A DNA stretch of 53,650 nt from a virus (Duplodnaviria; Caudoviricetes): positions 1 through 53,650 of the IMG/VR virus record IMGVR_UViG_3300025009_000135; one strand, written 5' to 3'. The notes beneath the pieces were generated by a model that worked only from the letters and a program-made list of their open reading frames with translations, had not been told where the DNA came from and ran no database searches. The position numbers and the translations under genes are program-made. Positions 1-8,865 of the stretch are shown piece after piece. The stretch's first letter is position 1. Each line of letters opens with the position of its first letter.

Positions 1-13
1 CCCGAAAGGTACT
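1..13. repeat. 13-nt terminal direct repeat (left copy) CCCGAAAGGTACT
   Basis: Identical to 53638-53650; circular closure or cohesive-end overlap. Confidence 0.9.
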
Positions 14-44
14 TGCGTCGTGTCTAATTTTCTAGACAGTACCT
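7..44. promoter_or_regulatory. Dyad-symmetric element at genome end, candidate cos/terminase site
   Basis: AGGTACT (7-13) / AGTACCT (38-44) and inner TGTCTA (21-26) / TAGACA (33-38) inverted repeats; upstream of terS across the junction. Confidence 0.45.
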
Positions 45-99
45 AATTCTTTTCTGTATATACAATTAGCTTAATTCATACCGCTATAACTTCATAACA

Positions 100-499
100 T
101 GGTAGCCATTATGTATCTATATATAGTAATATTACCACGCCGCTACCACTCATAATTATATACAGTGCAAAGAATTACATAGCATTTTTCCTCATTTGGT
201 AGCGTGGTAGTGGTAGGATAGAGACAGATACAATATGATCTATAGACCTTTATACCTCTCTTCTTACCTCTCTCTCTTTACTACTAACTACTATACTCTC
301 ACTACCATCCTTACAAGTAATAATAATAATAATCTAATTCTTTATAATATAAATAAATAGAGGTGGTAGCGAAGTGGTAGCGAAGTGGTAGCGTGGTAGC
401 GGCGCGACAGAATAGCGTATTGTGTCAAATAGTAAATAAGTGTAGATAGCACAAAGAGATAAGTTATTCTATCACCTTGTGGCTTGTCATTTTGGTAGC
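100..499. repeat. Iteron-like (G)TGGTAG(C) array in AT-rich non-coding region; candidate replication origin
   Basis: About 11-12 copies in both orientations, including GTGGTAGC at 363, 374, 385, 393; AT-rich tract at ~318-360. Confidence 0.65.
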
Positions 500-715
500 T
501 TCTCGTCGCGTTTACACTCTGCACAAAAAACCATTTGAAAAATCAAATTCTATTACGACACCAACGTCAGCAAAAAGGGCCGTTACCAAAATGAGGGGAT
601 TTTCGACCCTTTCGCGGCGCCATTTTGAACCAACCTCGGCATGTATACTTTTTTATACAGTGCAGAAAACACGCGACAAAATGGCGAGAAGGTGCTATAT
701 ATAGACGATGGACGC

Positions 716-745
716 TTGACAAAAAAGGCGGGGAAATGTTAGGAT
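716..745 (+). promoter_or_regulatory. sigma70-type early promoter
   Basis: TTGACA-18 nt-TAGGAT with TGn extension, at the head of the + strand arm. Confidence 0.65.
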
Positions 746-750
746 GTTAG

Positions 751-1065
751 GTGATTGAAGGCGAGGAGGCTAATATGGTCATGGAAATAACAAACGCCGT
801 ACTGATCGAAGTGCGAAACGAGCGCGATAAACAAGACTCAAAATGGGGTATGCAAAATCATCATCCTGCATGGTGGTTGTCAATTCTTGGCGAGGAATTC
901 GGCGAAGTATGCAAGGCCGTATGCGAAAATAACGATACTGGCGAATGGTCATACCGAGAAGAATTGGTTCAGGTCGCCGCCGTTGCCGTTGCTATGATCG
1001 AATGTTTTGACCGTAACGGCCCCGATTGGTGGAACTTGAAAGGCATAAAAGACGGATTGTCTTGA
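751..1065 (+). CDS. MazG-like nucleotide pyrophosphohydrolase (start may be 775)
   Basis: LGEEFGEVCKA...REELVQVAAVAVAMIE all-alpha NTP-PPase pattern. Confidence 0.75.
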   Translation: MIEGEEANMVMEITNAVLIEVRNERDKQDSKWGMQNHHPAWWLSILGEEFGEVCKAVCENNDTGEWSYREELVQVAAVAVAMIECFDRNGPDWWNLKGIKDGLS

Positions 1066-1307
1066 CCATAAAATCCGCCCTTCACTTACACCTAGACACC
1101 ATCGCCACGCCAACAATCTTCACCGGCTGGCAACTATTTGAGGCCATGGAAAAGCGGACGCATCGCAAAACCTACCCCGGTACGCTGCTGGAATATGCAC
1201 GGGAATATTGCGCCTTAAGCGGGGCGGAACTGGAATGTATCGAGCCGAGAGAGTCGAGATATCGGTATGTTCCTGGGGTGCGGATTGGTGGGGCGATTCG
1301 GGATTAG
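1062..1307 (+). CDS. hypothetical protein
   Basis: TTGA start/stop overlap with the upstream gene. Confidence 0.6.
   Translation: MTIKSALHLHLDTIATPTIFTGWQLFEAMEKRTHRKTYPGTLLEYAREYCALSGAELECIEPRESRYRYVPGVRIGGAIRD
1290..1305 (+). repeat. 16-bp direct repeat GGGGCGATTCGGGATT, copy 1
   Basis: Exact copy at 1881-1896; the pair flanks the methyltransferase gene. Confidence 0.9.
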
Positions 1308-1328
1308 TGGAAACGGCCACAAGGAGAA

Positions 1329-1898
1329 GTGATGAAAGTATTAGTTGCGTGTGAATACAGCGGCACCGTCCGCGACGCTTTCATCGCCCGGGGACACGAC
1401 GCCATATCGTGCGACCTGTTGCCGACCGACAGGCCAGGGCCACACTACCAAGGTGACGTGTTTGACATTATTGACGATGGTTTTGATTTGATGATTGCTC
1501 ACCCGCCCTGCACTCACCTCGCGGTGTCCGGCGCGCGGCATTTCGCGGCAAAACGCGCGGATGGTCGCCAACAAGAAGCGATAGACTTTTTCATGCGCCT
1601 GGCACAAGCCGATATCCCAAAAATTGCTATAGAAAACCCAGTTTGCATTATGTCAACGGTCTGGCGCAAACCAGACCAGATCATCCAGCCATGGCAATTT
1701 GGGCACGGCGAAACAAAGTCAACGTGCCTATGGCTCAAAGGCCTACTGAAACTCGTGCCCACGAATATAGTAGACGGTCGCGACAACAGAATCCACCGCC
1801 TACCGCCGACGCCTGACAGATGGAAGCTACGCAGCACAACATACCAAGGCATAGCCGACGCCATGGCCGCGCAGTGGGGCGGGGCGATTCGGGATTGA
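1329..1898 (+). CDS. phage C5-cytosine DNA methyltransferase-like protein (short form)
   Basis: KVLVACEYSG SAM-binding loop, AHPPCT catalytic PC motif, IENP motif; RBS AAGGAG. Confidence 0.8.
   Translation: MMKVLVACEYSGTVRDAFIARGHDAISCDLLPTDRPGPHYQGDVFDIIDDGFDLMIAHPPCTHLAVSGARHFAAKRADGRQQEAIDFFMRLAQADIPKIAIENPVCIMSTVWRKPDQIIQPWQFGHGETKSTCLWLKGLLKLVPTNIVDGRDNRIHRLPPTPDRWKLRSTTYQGIADAMAAQWGGAIRD
1881..1896 (+). repeat. 16-bp direct repeat GGGGCGATTCGGGATT, copy 2
   Basis: Exact copy of 1290-1305. Confidence 0.9.
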
Positions 1899-1946
1899 CT
1901 ACCTTACGAGGCGAGAAAAGCCGCACAAATTCAGCAAAATACCCTA

Positions 1947-1975
1947 TTGACAGAATCGCGCTAATGCCCCATAAT
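1947..1975 (+). promoter_or_regulatory. sigma70-type promoter
   Basis: TTGACA-17 nt-CATAAT upstream of the ORF at 1997. Confidence 0.7.
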
Positions 1976-1996
1976 GACAATATCAAGGGGGACGAG

Positions 1997-2188
1997 ATGA
2001 CCATAGGAAGCAAGGAACACTACGAAATTATGTCAGATTTCGAGCGAGACTTCAAGCACTTACGCCTTGACCGTGAAGAAAAGTCTAACTGGACGCATGG
2101 TTGTATATATCAGGATGGAATGGCTAATAATCTTTTTAGGGCATATTCGCTTGGTTATGCATCCGGGCGACTAAACTATATTCAATAA
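1997..2188 (+). CDS. small hypothetical protein
   Basis: ATG after a purine-rich RBS and its own promoter; followed by GC hairpin at ~2196-2214. Confidence 0.65.
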   Translation: MTIGSKEHYEIMSDFERDFKHLRLDREEKSNWTHGCIYQDGMANNLFRAYSLGYASGRLNYIQ

Positions 2189-2233
2189 CCATACCGCCCG
2201 GCCCAGCGCCGGGCATTTCCACAAAGAGGCCCT

Positions 2234-2383
2234 ATGCCCGTATCAACCGCAACTAAATTCCTAATCGCCGCGCCATTCATCGCCGCATTCAGCCTTATGA
2301 CGTGGTATAGTTATACGCAAGCTGAAGCAAAATACCTCGAGCGCATGGTAGACAGAACGATGGCGAGGTATAATGTCCGGTGA
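2234..2383 (+). CDS. 49-aa single-pass membrane protein (below the ORF-track cutoff)
   Basis: AGAGG RBS; MPVSTATKFLIAAPFIAAFSLMTWYSY... hydrophobic stretch; fills an intergenic gap. Confidence 0.55.
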   Translation: MPVSTATKFLIAAPFIAAFSLMTWYSYTQAEAKYLERMVDRTMARYNVR

Positions 2384-2888
2384 TGGGCGATGGAAGGCAA
2401 TGATGGACGATAGGATGAAGGTGATACGCGAGGCGCTTGAAGATGCTTTGCTAGAGATTCAATACCATATAGGCGGGCTTGACGCATCATCAAAGACATG
2501 GGAAGCTATTGCATCAATCAATTTAGCCTTCGCCGCCCTCGATTCGCTGGCCATTAAGTCGGGCGAGCCGGTATCAAACCAGATACTAACTATGCTTAGA
2601 GAAGAGCGCGACGCATACGAAGAGGAAAACGAGCGGCTCAAGAAAAAGCTGTCTGAGGGGGCGAAAGAAACCGCCGACCGGAAGCGCGTGAAGGCCGAAG
2701 AGCGGGAACGTGTGACTGGTGTGTATGAAAACATAATCGCTCGATACATGGTAGATATCGAGACAACGCCGTGCGAAGAATGGCCGAGTGCTAAAGATTT
2801 ATTGGCAAAGATGGTAGCGGACGCCATGCCACTGGATAGGTACTATGAACTACGCGCCGCCATCATGCGCACGGAGGTAGAGGGGTGA
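2373..2888 (+). CDS. hypothetical coiled-coil protein (start uncertain)
   Basis: ORF in operon, GTGA overlap with the next gene. Confidence 0.6.
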   Translation: MSGDGRWKAMMDDRMKVIREALEDALLEIQYHIGGLDASSKTWEAIASINLAFAALDSLAIKSGEPVSNQILTMLREERDAYEEENERLKKKLSEGAKETADRKRVKAEERERVTGVYENIIARYMVDIETTPCEEWPSAKDLLAKMVADAMPLDRYYELRAAIMRTEVEG

Positions 2889-3157
2889 ACGAAAAAGAAC
2901 CACTTAGCTATATGAGCCGCGCGGAATTGCAACTCAACATCATGCAAAATATCGAGCGAGAAATAATGCGACTCGGAAAACGCAACTCTGCGCGTTGGTG
3001 GTGGGAGCATTCAAAGAACTGGGTCAAGGTACAGGCTATTCTAAACGGAAACACACGATGCGCTGGAAGTACGTCGTCGGCGCAACAGTGCCGATTCATC
3101 GGTGCCGAACCTGACGGAGCGTCTTTCATCAAGGAGGCCAGCCATGACGCCGAATGA
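2885..3157 (+). CDS. hypothetical protein
   Basis: Coupled start with G-rich RBS. Confidence 0.6.
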   Translation: MNEKEPLSYMSRAELQLNIMQNIEREIMRLGKRNSARWWWEHSKNWVKVQAILNGNTRCAGSTSSAQQCRFIGAEPDGASFIKEASHDAE

Positions 3158-3533
3158 ACGGGATGAAAAATTAGAGACGGTTATATGGTTATTAAATGTT
3201 GCACCATCTCTTTTTAATTCAAAAGACAATTTAATACTTAAAGAACCATTTTACCAAAGCCAAGAACAGCGGTGGATTTTGATGCGAAATGATGCCGTGG
3301 AGTTTTTGAAAAACTACCGCGCTTCCATCGAAGCCCCGCTCAAGGCCGAGATTGAGAGGCTACGGGAGGCTTTGGCGTTTTACGCGTATTCAGTATGGAA
3401 TGACGATTACCTTGGCGGTATAACTTTCCGCGACAAGAAAACTGGCAATCGATACTTAGATACTGGCGACCGCGCTCGGGCCGCCCTCGCCGCCTCGCCA
3501 GTGGAACCGGAGCAACCCGAGGCTACCCAATGA
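3144..3533 (+). CDS. hypothetical protein
   Basis: AAGGAGG RBS; EIERLREALAFYA...ARAALA pattern common in phage ORFs. Confidence 0.65.
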   Translation: MTPNERDEKLETVIWLLNVAPSLFNSKDNLILKEPFYQSQEQRWILMRNDAVEFLKNYRASIEAPLKAEIERLREALAFYAYSVWNDDYLGGITFRDKKTGNRYLDTGDRARAALAASPVEPEQPEATQ

Positions 3534-4087
3534 CCCGCCTATCAATCGCCATCCTATGCGCCTTCATATCATCCACCCCATACCGCCCGCCGGATCCCGA
3601 GCCGCCGCTCGCCGTTTCCATTATCCAAGAGCGACAGGATATCCGCGCCAATTCCAGCCGCTTGCCCTCCGTTTACACCCAAGCCGCCATAGCCACCAGA
3701 AACCGCCCTGAATTGCTCTATGCCATCGCCTACGCCGAGTCGTCGAACGGTGCCAACCTCGCCCATTCCAACCCCCTCGATGCCGGATGGTTTGGCCTCC
3801 ACGAGCGGAAAGACATCCGCGCCGAAAGGGTGGGCAAATGGGGATGGTACGACCCCGACGACCCCATGCAAGCCGCCACCATCGCGGGCCGCATCTTATC
3901 AGAGCATCGCGCCAACCTCTCGCGGCGATATCCCGACAAAGCCCTGGACGAAATCGAAGCGTTGACCATAACCGCCTACCATAAAGGGCTTGCATGGACA
4001 GTGCGACATGGTGTATACTCAAGGTATGTCAGGCGCGTTGAAGAGGGGAAAGCTTTGGCGCTTGTCGAGAGGAGAAAAGAAAGATGA
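3530..4087 (+). CDS. lytic transglycosylase (SLT-like) with N-terminal signal/anchor
   Basis: AIAYAESS catalytic-Glu motif, GWFGL, TAYHKG, terminal YVRRV. Confidence 0.65.
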   Translation: MTRLSIAILCAFISSTPYRPPDPEPPLAVSIIQERQDIRANSSRLPSVYTQAAIATRNRPELLYAIAYAESSNGANLAHSNPLDAGWFGLHERKDIRAERVGKWGWYDPDDPMQAATIAGRILSEHRANLSRRYPDKALDEIEALTITAYHKGLAWTVRHGVYSRYVRRVEEGKALALVERRKER

Positions 4088-4386
4088 ACGAAGCGAAGTT
4101 TACAGACGGCCCGATTGAGCTGTTCGGTATAGGCGATAAAATAAAGCGACTATGCCCGGCCAAGGACAATATGAGTCTTTTGACCGTGGTAATCGAGTAC
4201 GATGATGACGGGGAGCCTACATATTTCGGAGCAGTAGAAAACCCGGCCGATGCGCATCTTTTTCAGGCCGCCCACGACATGTACGAAGCCCTCCGCGCCG
4301 CCCTATGCGACGATCCCGACTGGCGCAGGCTTGCGGTCGATGCGCTGGCGAAGGCGGACGACCGCGTCGAGAAGGCCAACGCATGA
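4084..4386 (+). CDS. hypothetical phage protein
   Basis: ADAHLFQAAHDMYEAL resembles the widespread 'NARLIAAAPDLLEAL' phage family. Confidence 0.65.
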   Translation: MNEAKFTDGPIELFGIGDKIKRLCPAKDNMSLLTVVIEYDDDGEPTYFGAVENPADAHLFQAAHDMYEALRAALCDDPDWRRLAVDALAKADDRVEKANA

Positions 4387-4985
4387 CCCCCCGCGAACAG
4401 TATGCGGCCCTAAACAAATATTGCGGCCTCGCCATGTCTGCCATCTCTGGATATCGTGAAAACCTGTCCCGCCCCGACTTTGATGAATTGCAATCCGACT
4501 GCTTCTACGCAATCTTTCGAGCAATTGAAGCCTATGACGTGCACCATGTCTCGAAAGCCACAATCGAAACGCTTATACGCAGATATATTCAACAGGCAAT
4601 CAGGCATTTTATTCAGCACCTTGCTTCACGTCGTGCCATGTTTGAATCAGGCACTATCTCAGCGGATCAACCCGCCTACGATAGCCCGGAACCATTGGTC
4701 AATTTCATTCCCGGCCGCAAGGTAGATAGCGAAATTGATAGTGCTATTTCATTCTCATCTCTCCTGGAAGCCGTCGAAACCCCCGCGCATCAAAATGTCC
4801 TGTGGATTCTCGCCCGTACCAAAAACGCCAGCGAAGCCGCTGACGTTATGGAATTGTCACGGCAACGGGTTTCGCAGATAAAGATAGCGGCGATCAGAGC
4901 GGTGAAGAGGAAAATTAAGGATCGGGAGGATTGGGGTTACGGGTCGGAAATGCGCGGAGAGGGTCATGGAGAGGGGAACACGTGA
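4383..4985 (+). CDS. sigma70-family RNA polymerase sigma factor-like protein
   Basis: Region-2-like DELQSDCFYAIFRAIEAYD and region-4 HTH SEAADVMELSRQRVSQI. Confidence 0.75.
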   Translation: MTPREQYAALNKYCGLAMSAISGYRENLSRPDFDELQSDCFYAIFRAIEAYDVHHVSKATIETLIRRYIQQAIRHFIQHLASRRAMFESGTISADQPAYDSPEPLVNFIPGRKVDSEIDSAISFSSLLEAVETPAHQNVLWILARTKNASEAADVMELSRQRVSQIKIAAIRAVKRKIKDREDWGYGSEMRGEGHGEGNT

Positions 4986-5686
4986 ACGACGGACGAATCG
5001 AAAAAATAGGCCGCGCTACAATGATCCTCGGCGACTGCATGGATTATATGGCGGGGCTGGATGATAAGGCGTTTGAGTTGGCGATTGTTGATCCGCCGTA
5101 TGGGATAAATATAAATAACAATATGGGAAGACGAAAAGGCAACAAAAAATCAGACTACGCCCCAACATCTTGGGATAACTCCATACCAAACGAAAAGTAT
5201 TTTGAAGAACTATTCCGCGTGTCAAAAAATCAAATTATATTTGGCGGAAACTATTTTTATTTACCTCCGACCCCGTGCTGGATTTTATGGGACAAAGGCT
5301 TTTCTGAAGACGTTACTTTTGCCCAGTTTGAAATGGCGTGGACTTCTTTTGATTCATCATGCAAGAAATTTGACATGACCAGCGCCGATCCTAAAAATAG
5401 AATCCACCCTACTCAAAAACCCGTCGCTCTGTACAAATGGCTCCTCTCCCGCTACGCCAATCACGGCGACCGCATTTTCGATACCCACGGCGGCTCAGGC
5501 TCATCCGTCATCGCCTGTAATGACCTCGGCTACGATATTACGTGGATCGAAAAAGACGAGGACTATTTCAACGCGGCTGTAGATCGATGTAAAACGGCGA
5601 ATCTGCAAGAGAAACTATTCGATGCACCCGTGCCAATATACAAAGATGCCCCCCTATTCCCCGAGGAAGCGAAAGGCAAAAAATGA
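4982..5686 (+). CDS. N6-adenine/N4-cytosine DNA methyltransferase (beta class)
   Basis: DPPY motif, HPTQKP, C-terminal DTHGGSGS SAM motif. Confidence 0.9.
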   Translation: MNDGRIEKIGRATMILGDCMDYMAGLDDKAFELAIVDPPYGININNNMGRRKGNKKSDYAPTSWDNSIPNEKYFEELFRVSKNQIIFGGNYFYLPPTPCWILWDKGFSEDVTFAQFEMAWTSFDSSCKKFDMTSADPKNRIHPTQKPVALYKWLLSRYANHGDRIFDTHGGSGSSVIACNDLGYDITWIEKDEDYFNAAVDRCKTANLQEKLFDAPVPIYKDAPLFPEEAKGKK

Positions 5687-8517
5687 TTCCTTCCCCATCA
5701 ATAGATTTCACCCACTACAAGCCCCTCCTTGGCCAGTACCTCCGCGCCCGTGGTATTCTCCCGCCAGGCCATACCGGGAATTTTCGCTGTCCAAATCCCG
5801 CCCATGACGACGGCGATACCCCGAGCACCGCAAGCGCCCACTTGTACAACGACAGCACCGACGACGCCCGCGTCAAGTGTTTCGGCTGTGATTTCGTCGG
5901 CGATATCTATGACGTGTGCGGCCTCATCGATGGAATCGGCGATATCACCGAGCAGTACCGAGCTGTAGCCGCCCATTTTGGCGATCCTTCCGACCTTCAG
6001 GCCCCGCGCCCACCCCGTGCCCCGATTGCCGCCCCCGCCCGCTTCCAACCCGACCCCATTGCGCTCACCACCGTATCAACCTACCTCCGCGACATCCGCC
6101 CGGCGTACCTCGCCAACCTCGCGGAATTTGCACAATATCGCGGTATCGCCCCGGACGCCGCCGCACAATGGGCCGCCCCGCTTTTTTGGTGGCCGGGAAT
6201 TGTCGCCGCGCTAAAAGATCCTCGCATCACCCTCGAGGTGTTGACCCTGGCCGGAATCATCGACCCCGCGAAAGAAAAAAGCGCATGGCAACCGGCCGGC
6301 GCAGTCGTCGAGGTCGGCGTTGGATTCAAGCTCCATTATGCCGCGCGGGACAAAGATAAGGTCACTGGCGAGCTATACAACGTCACCCGCAAGCGCGAAA
6401 CGGTAGGCGGGCATACTTTCCCGAGGAACCGCGCTGGACTTCCAGCGGGGCCGCGCCTAGTACTTTGCGAGGGTGAAATAGACGAAGTTTCCGGGCGATA
6501 TGCGGGCATTGACGACCTGCGGGCTATGGGCGGAACGACGGCGCTGGATGCCGATGACGCCGCATTGATTGCCGAGAGCTTCCAAGATGTCGTGCTATGT
6601 TTTGATAACGACGACGCCGGGCGTATAGCCGCCGGAATCCAGCCGCCGAAACAGGCGCGGTACAAATCCGTTCCCGCCTTACTCCGCGAAGCCGGGTATA
6701 AAGGCCGGATAAGCGCGGCCCTGTGGACGGGCGGGGGCAAGAAGGATATAGACGATATGGTGAAGCATGGCCATGCCGCCGAGCTGATCGATGCCATAAA
6801 TAATGCCGTAGAAATCTTTCCCCTAGAACTTCCGAAGCCTGCGCCGACCGCCTCCCCTATGCTTCCTACGCCTCCGCCCGATATTGACGCCCCGCCTTTC
6901 CAATTCCTTGGCTTCGATAAAGACGCCCTGTACTTTCTTCCCAAGCGCCAAAACATCGCCTTCCGTATCTCTCGCGGTGACAAGAGCATCAAGGACAAGC
7001 TCAACGAAATTGCCCCCGAAGATTGGTGGTTTGTCAATTTTAACAAAGAAGTGGCCGACCCCATTAACGGAGGTACAAAAACCATTATAGACTACCCCCG
7101 CGCTATCGCGTGGCTCCGTGAAAAATCAGTATCACGCGGCATGTATAACGACGACCTCCTGCTAGGCGTCGGCGCCCATATCGATGCCGGCCATGCCATC
7201 GTCAATACCGGCCGCGCCATCGTTACCCCCTCCGGCTCCGTGTCAACCTACGAGGAATACACCGGCGAAAATACCTATTGCCGTTCTCGCCTTGAACTGA
7301 AAATACAAGGCACCCCATGGACGCGTGACGATTCTATCAATTTCCTCCGCCAGCTTCAAACGTTCACATTCGAGAACGAACTCGCCTACTATGCCATCGC
7401 CGGGTATTGTGCTATCGCCCCGTTTTCCTCCTTCCTATTCCGTAGGCCGCATATCTGGATTACCGCCAAAAAAGGACAGGGCAAAAGCTATCTACTCCAC
7501 GATCTCATGTACCCCGCCCTTGGGGAAGGCTTCACGTTCTACCGCGACTCCGTGACTACCGAAGCCGCTATTCGCCAAGCGTTACAAAAAGATACCCGCC
7601 CCGTCATCCTTGACGAATTCGAGATTACCGGCAAGTACGACAAAAATACCATCGATTCCGTCATGTCCTTATCCCGTACCGCCTACGCTGGCGAATTCAT
7701 TTCAAAGGGTACCGCCAATCAAACCGGCATATCATTCGCTACAAAAATGATGTTTTGTTTTGCATCAATAAACGTTAACATTTCTAACGCCGCCGACAAG
7801 TCACGTATCATCGTGTGCCGCATGGGCGAATCGCGCGGAAAAATGGTCAAACCTAAAAACCCCGATGGCCTCCGCGCTCGCATGTTTCTCCACCTCGATA
7901 CCCTGCGCGCCGATATCCAAGCCTGTACCGACATGATGACTGACCAAGCAGGCCATGACTCCCGTACCGCCGATACCTATTCCCCATTTTTCGCCGGTTT
8001 TTGGCGCATGCTCTCCGATGCCCCGTTCGGCGATTGTACCCTGCCCGACGATTCCCGAATGCTAGAAAAAATGCGCCGATCCATGGAGCATATCAACGCC
8101 AACGACGAGAGCCTATCGGACGAGGAAACCATCTTCTCAACTATCTTTCAAAAGCGCGTGAGAATCGGCCCGGACGATGAAAAAACCGTCGCCGAGATGT
8201 TGACCGAAAAGGAAGCTATGGGCCGGTTGCTTTATGAGGATTCCATGCAACGCTTCGGCATGAGGCGCACGTCAAGTATCCGCATCGTCGACAATATCCC
8301 CGTGCTGGCAATTTCCGCAAATAATAAAGAGCTGCGCGACATGCTAGTTGACACGCCATTTTTCTCGCGGTATAATGAAGTCTTGAAGCGCCATCCGTCA
8401 TATATCATGAGTACGCCTGTGCGCATTGGAGGAGCGCAACAACAGGCGCTGCTATTCCGCTGGAGCGACCTTGAGGCACAGTATTTTAGAGAGGAACGAG
8501 ATGTCGTGCCATTTTGA
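5683..8517 (+). CDS. Zn-finger/TOPRIM primase fused to P-loop helicase
   Basis: CPNPAH..H..CFGC Zn finger, CEGEID and FDNDDAG TOPRIM motifs, KKGQGKS Walker A, ILDE Walker B. Confidence 0.85.
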   Translation: MIPSPSIDFTHYKPLLGQYLRARGILPPGHTGNFRCPNPAHDDGDTPSTASAHLYNDSTDDARVKCFGCDFVGDIYDVCGLIDGIGDITEQYRAVAAHFGDPSDLQAPRPPRAPIAAPARFQPDPIALTTVSTYLRDIRPAYLANLAEFAQYRGIAPDAAAQWAAPLFWWPGIVAALKDPRITLEVLTLAGIIDPAKEKSAWQPAGAVVEVGVGFKLHYAARDKDKVTGELYNVTRKRETVGGHTFPRNRAGLPAGPRLVLCEGEIDEVSGRYAGIDDLRAMGGTTALDADDAALIAESFQDVVLCFDNDDAGRIAAGIQPPKQARYKSVPALLREAGYKGRISAALWTGGGKKDIDDMVKHGHAAELIDAINNAVEIFPLELPKPAPTASPMLPTPPPDIDAPPFQFLGFDKDALYFLPKRQNIAFRISRGDKSIKDKLNEIAPEDWWFVNFNKEVADPINGGTKTIIDYPRAIAWLREKSVSRGMYNDDLLLGVGAHIDAGHAIVNTGRAIVTPSGSVSTYEEYTGENTYCRSRLELKIQGTPWTRDDSINFLRQLQTFTFENELAYYAIAGYCAIAPFSSFLFRRPHIWITAKKGQGKSYLLHDLMYPALGEGFTFYRDSVTTEAAIRQALQKDTRPVILDEFEITGKYDKNTIDSVMSLSRTAYAGEFISKGTANQTGISFATKMMFCFASINVNISNAADKSRIIVCRMGESRGKMVKPKNPDGLRARMFLHLDTLRADIQACTDMMTDQAGHDSRTADTYSPFFAGFWRMLSDAPFGDCTLPDDSRMLEKMRRSMEHINANDESLSDEETIFSTIFQKRVRIGPDDEKTVAEMLTEKEAMGRLLYEDSMQRFGMRRTSSIRIVDNIPVLAISANNKELRDMLVDTPFFSRYNEVLKRHPSYIMSTPVRIGGAQQQALLFRWSDLEAQYFREERDVVPF

Positions 8518-8549
8518 CGCGACTGAAATAATAAGGAGGTAACAAGAAA

Positions 8550-8852
8550 ATGACCCACAAGATCCACGACCTATGTATTGTAACCGGCTCATATACCGAC
8601 GCCGAAGGCAAGAACCGCAATCGCTATCAAACGATAGGCGCTATGCTCGAAAAAGACGACGGCGGCAGGTTTATAATTATGGAGCCATGGTTCAACCCGG
8701 CTGGCGTCCACCACGAGCAGGGCAAAGGCATTATGGTATCCATGTTCGATGCTAAGCCGCGAGACGGGAAAGCTCCACCGAATACCGCCGACCAGCCCGC
8801 GCCGCCTCCGCCAGCTGGAGCCGATGATTTTAGCGACGATATTCCATTTTGA
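8550..8852 (+). CDS. single-stranded DNA-binding-like protein
   Basis: Follows the primase-helicase; Pro-rich linker and acidic DDFSDDIPF tail. Confidence 0.7.
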   Translation: MTHKIHDLCIVTGSYTDAEGKNRNRYQTIGAMLEKDDGGRFIIMEPWFNPAGVHHEQGKGIMVSMFDAKPRDGKAPPNTADQPAPPPPAGADDFSDDIPF

Positions 8853-8865
8853 TCGGAGGTGAAAA

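Noticed and set aside
32-63. Possible fifth (+ strand) late-promoter copy CTAGACAG...TATATAC
   Set aside because: Lacks CCTATATCTAT and the spacing is off by one; better explained as part of the terminal dyad
363-400. GTGGTAGCGAA repeats as a CRISPR array
   Set aside because: Units are 8-11 bp with no unique spacers, and there are no cas genes
342-704. ORFs 342..524 (-) and 477..704 (+)
   Set aside because: They overlap the repeat/AT-rich control region upstream of the first promoter, have no RBS and no protein-like features
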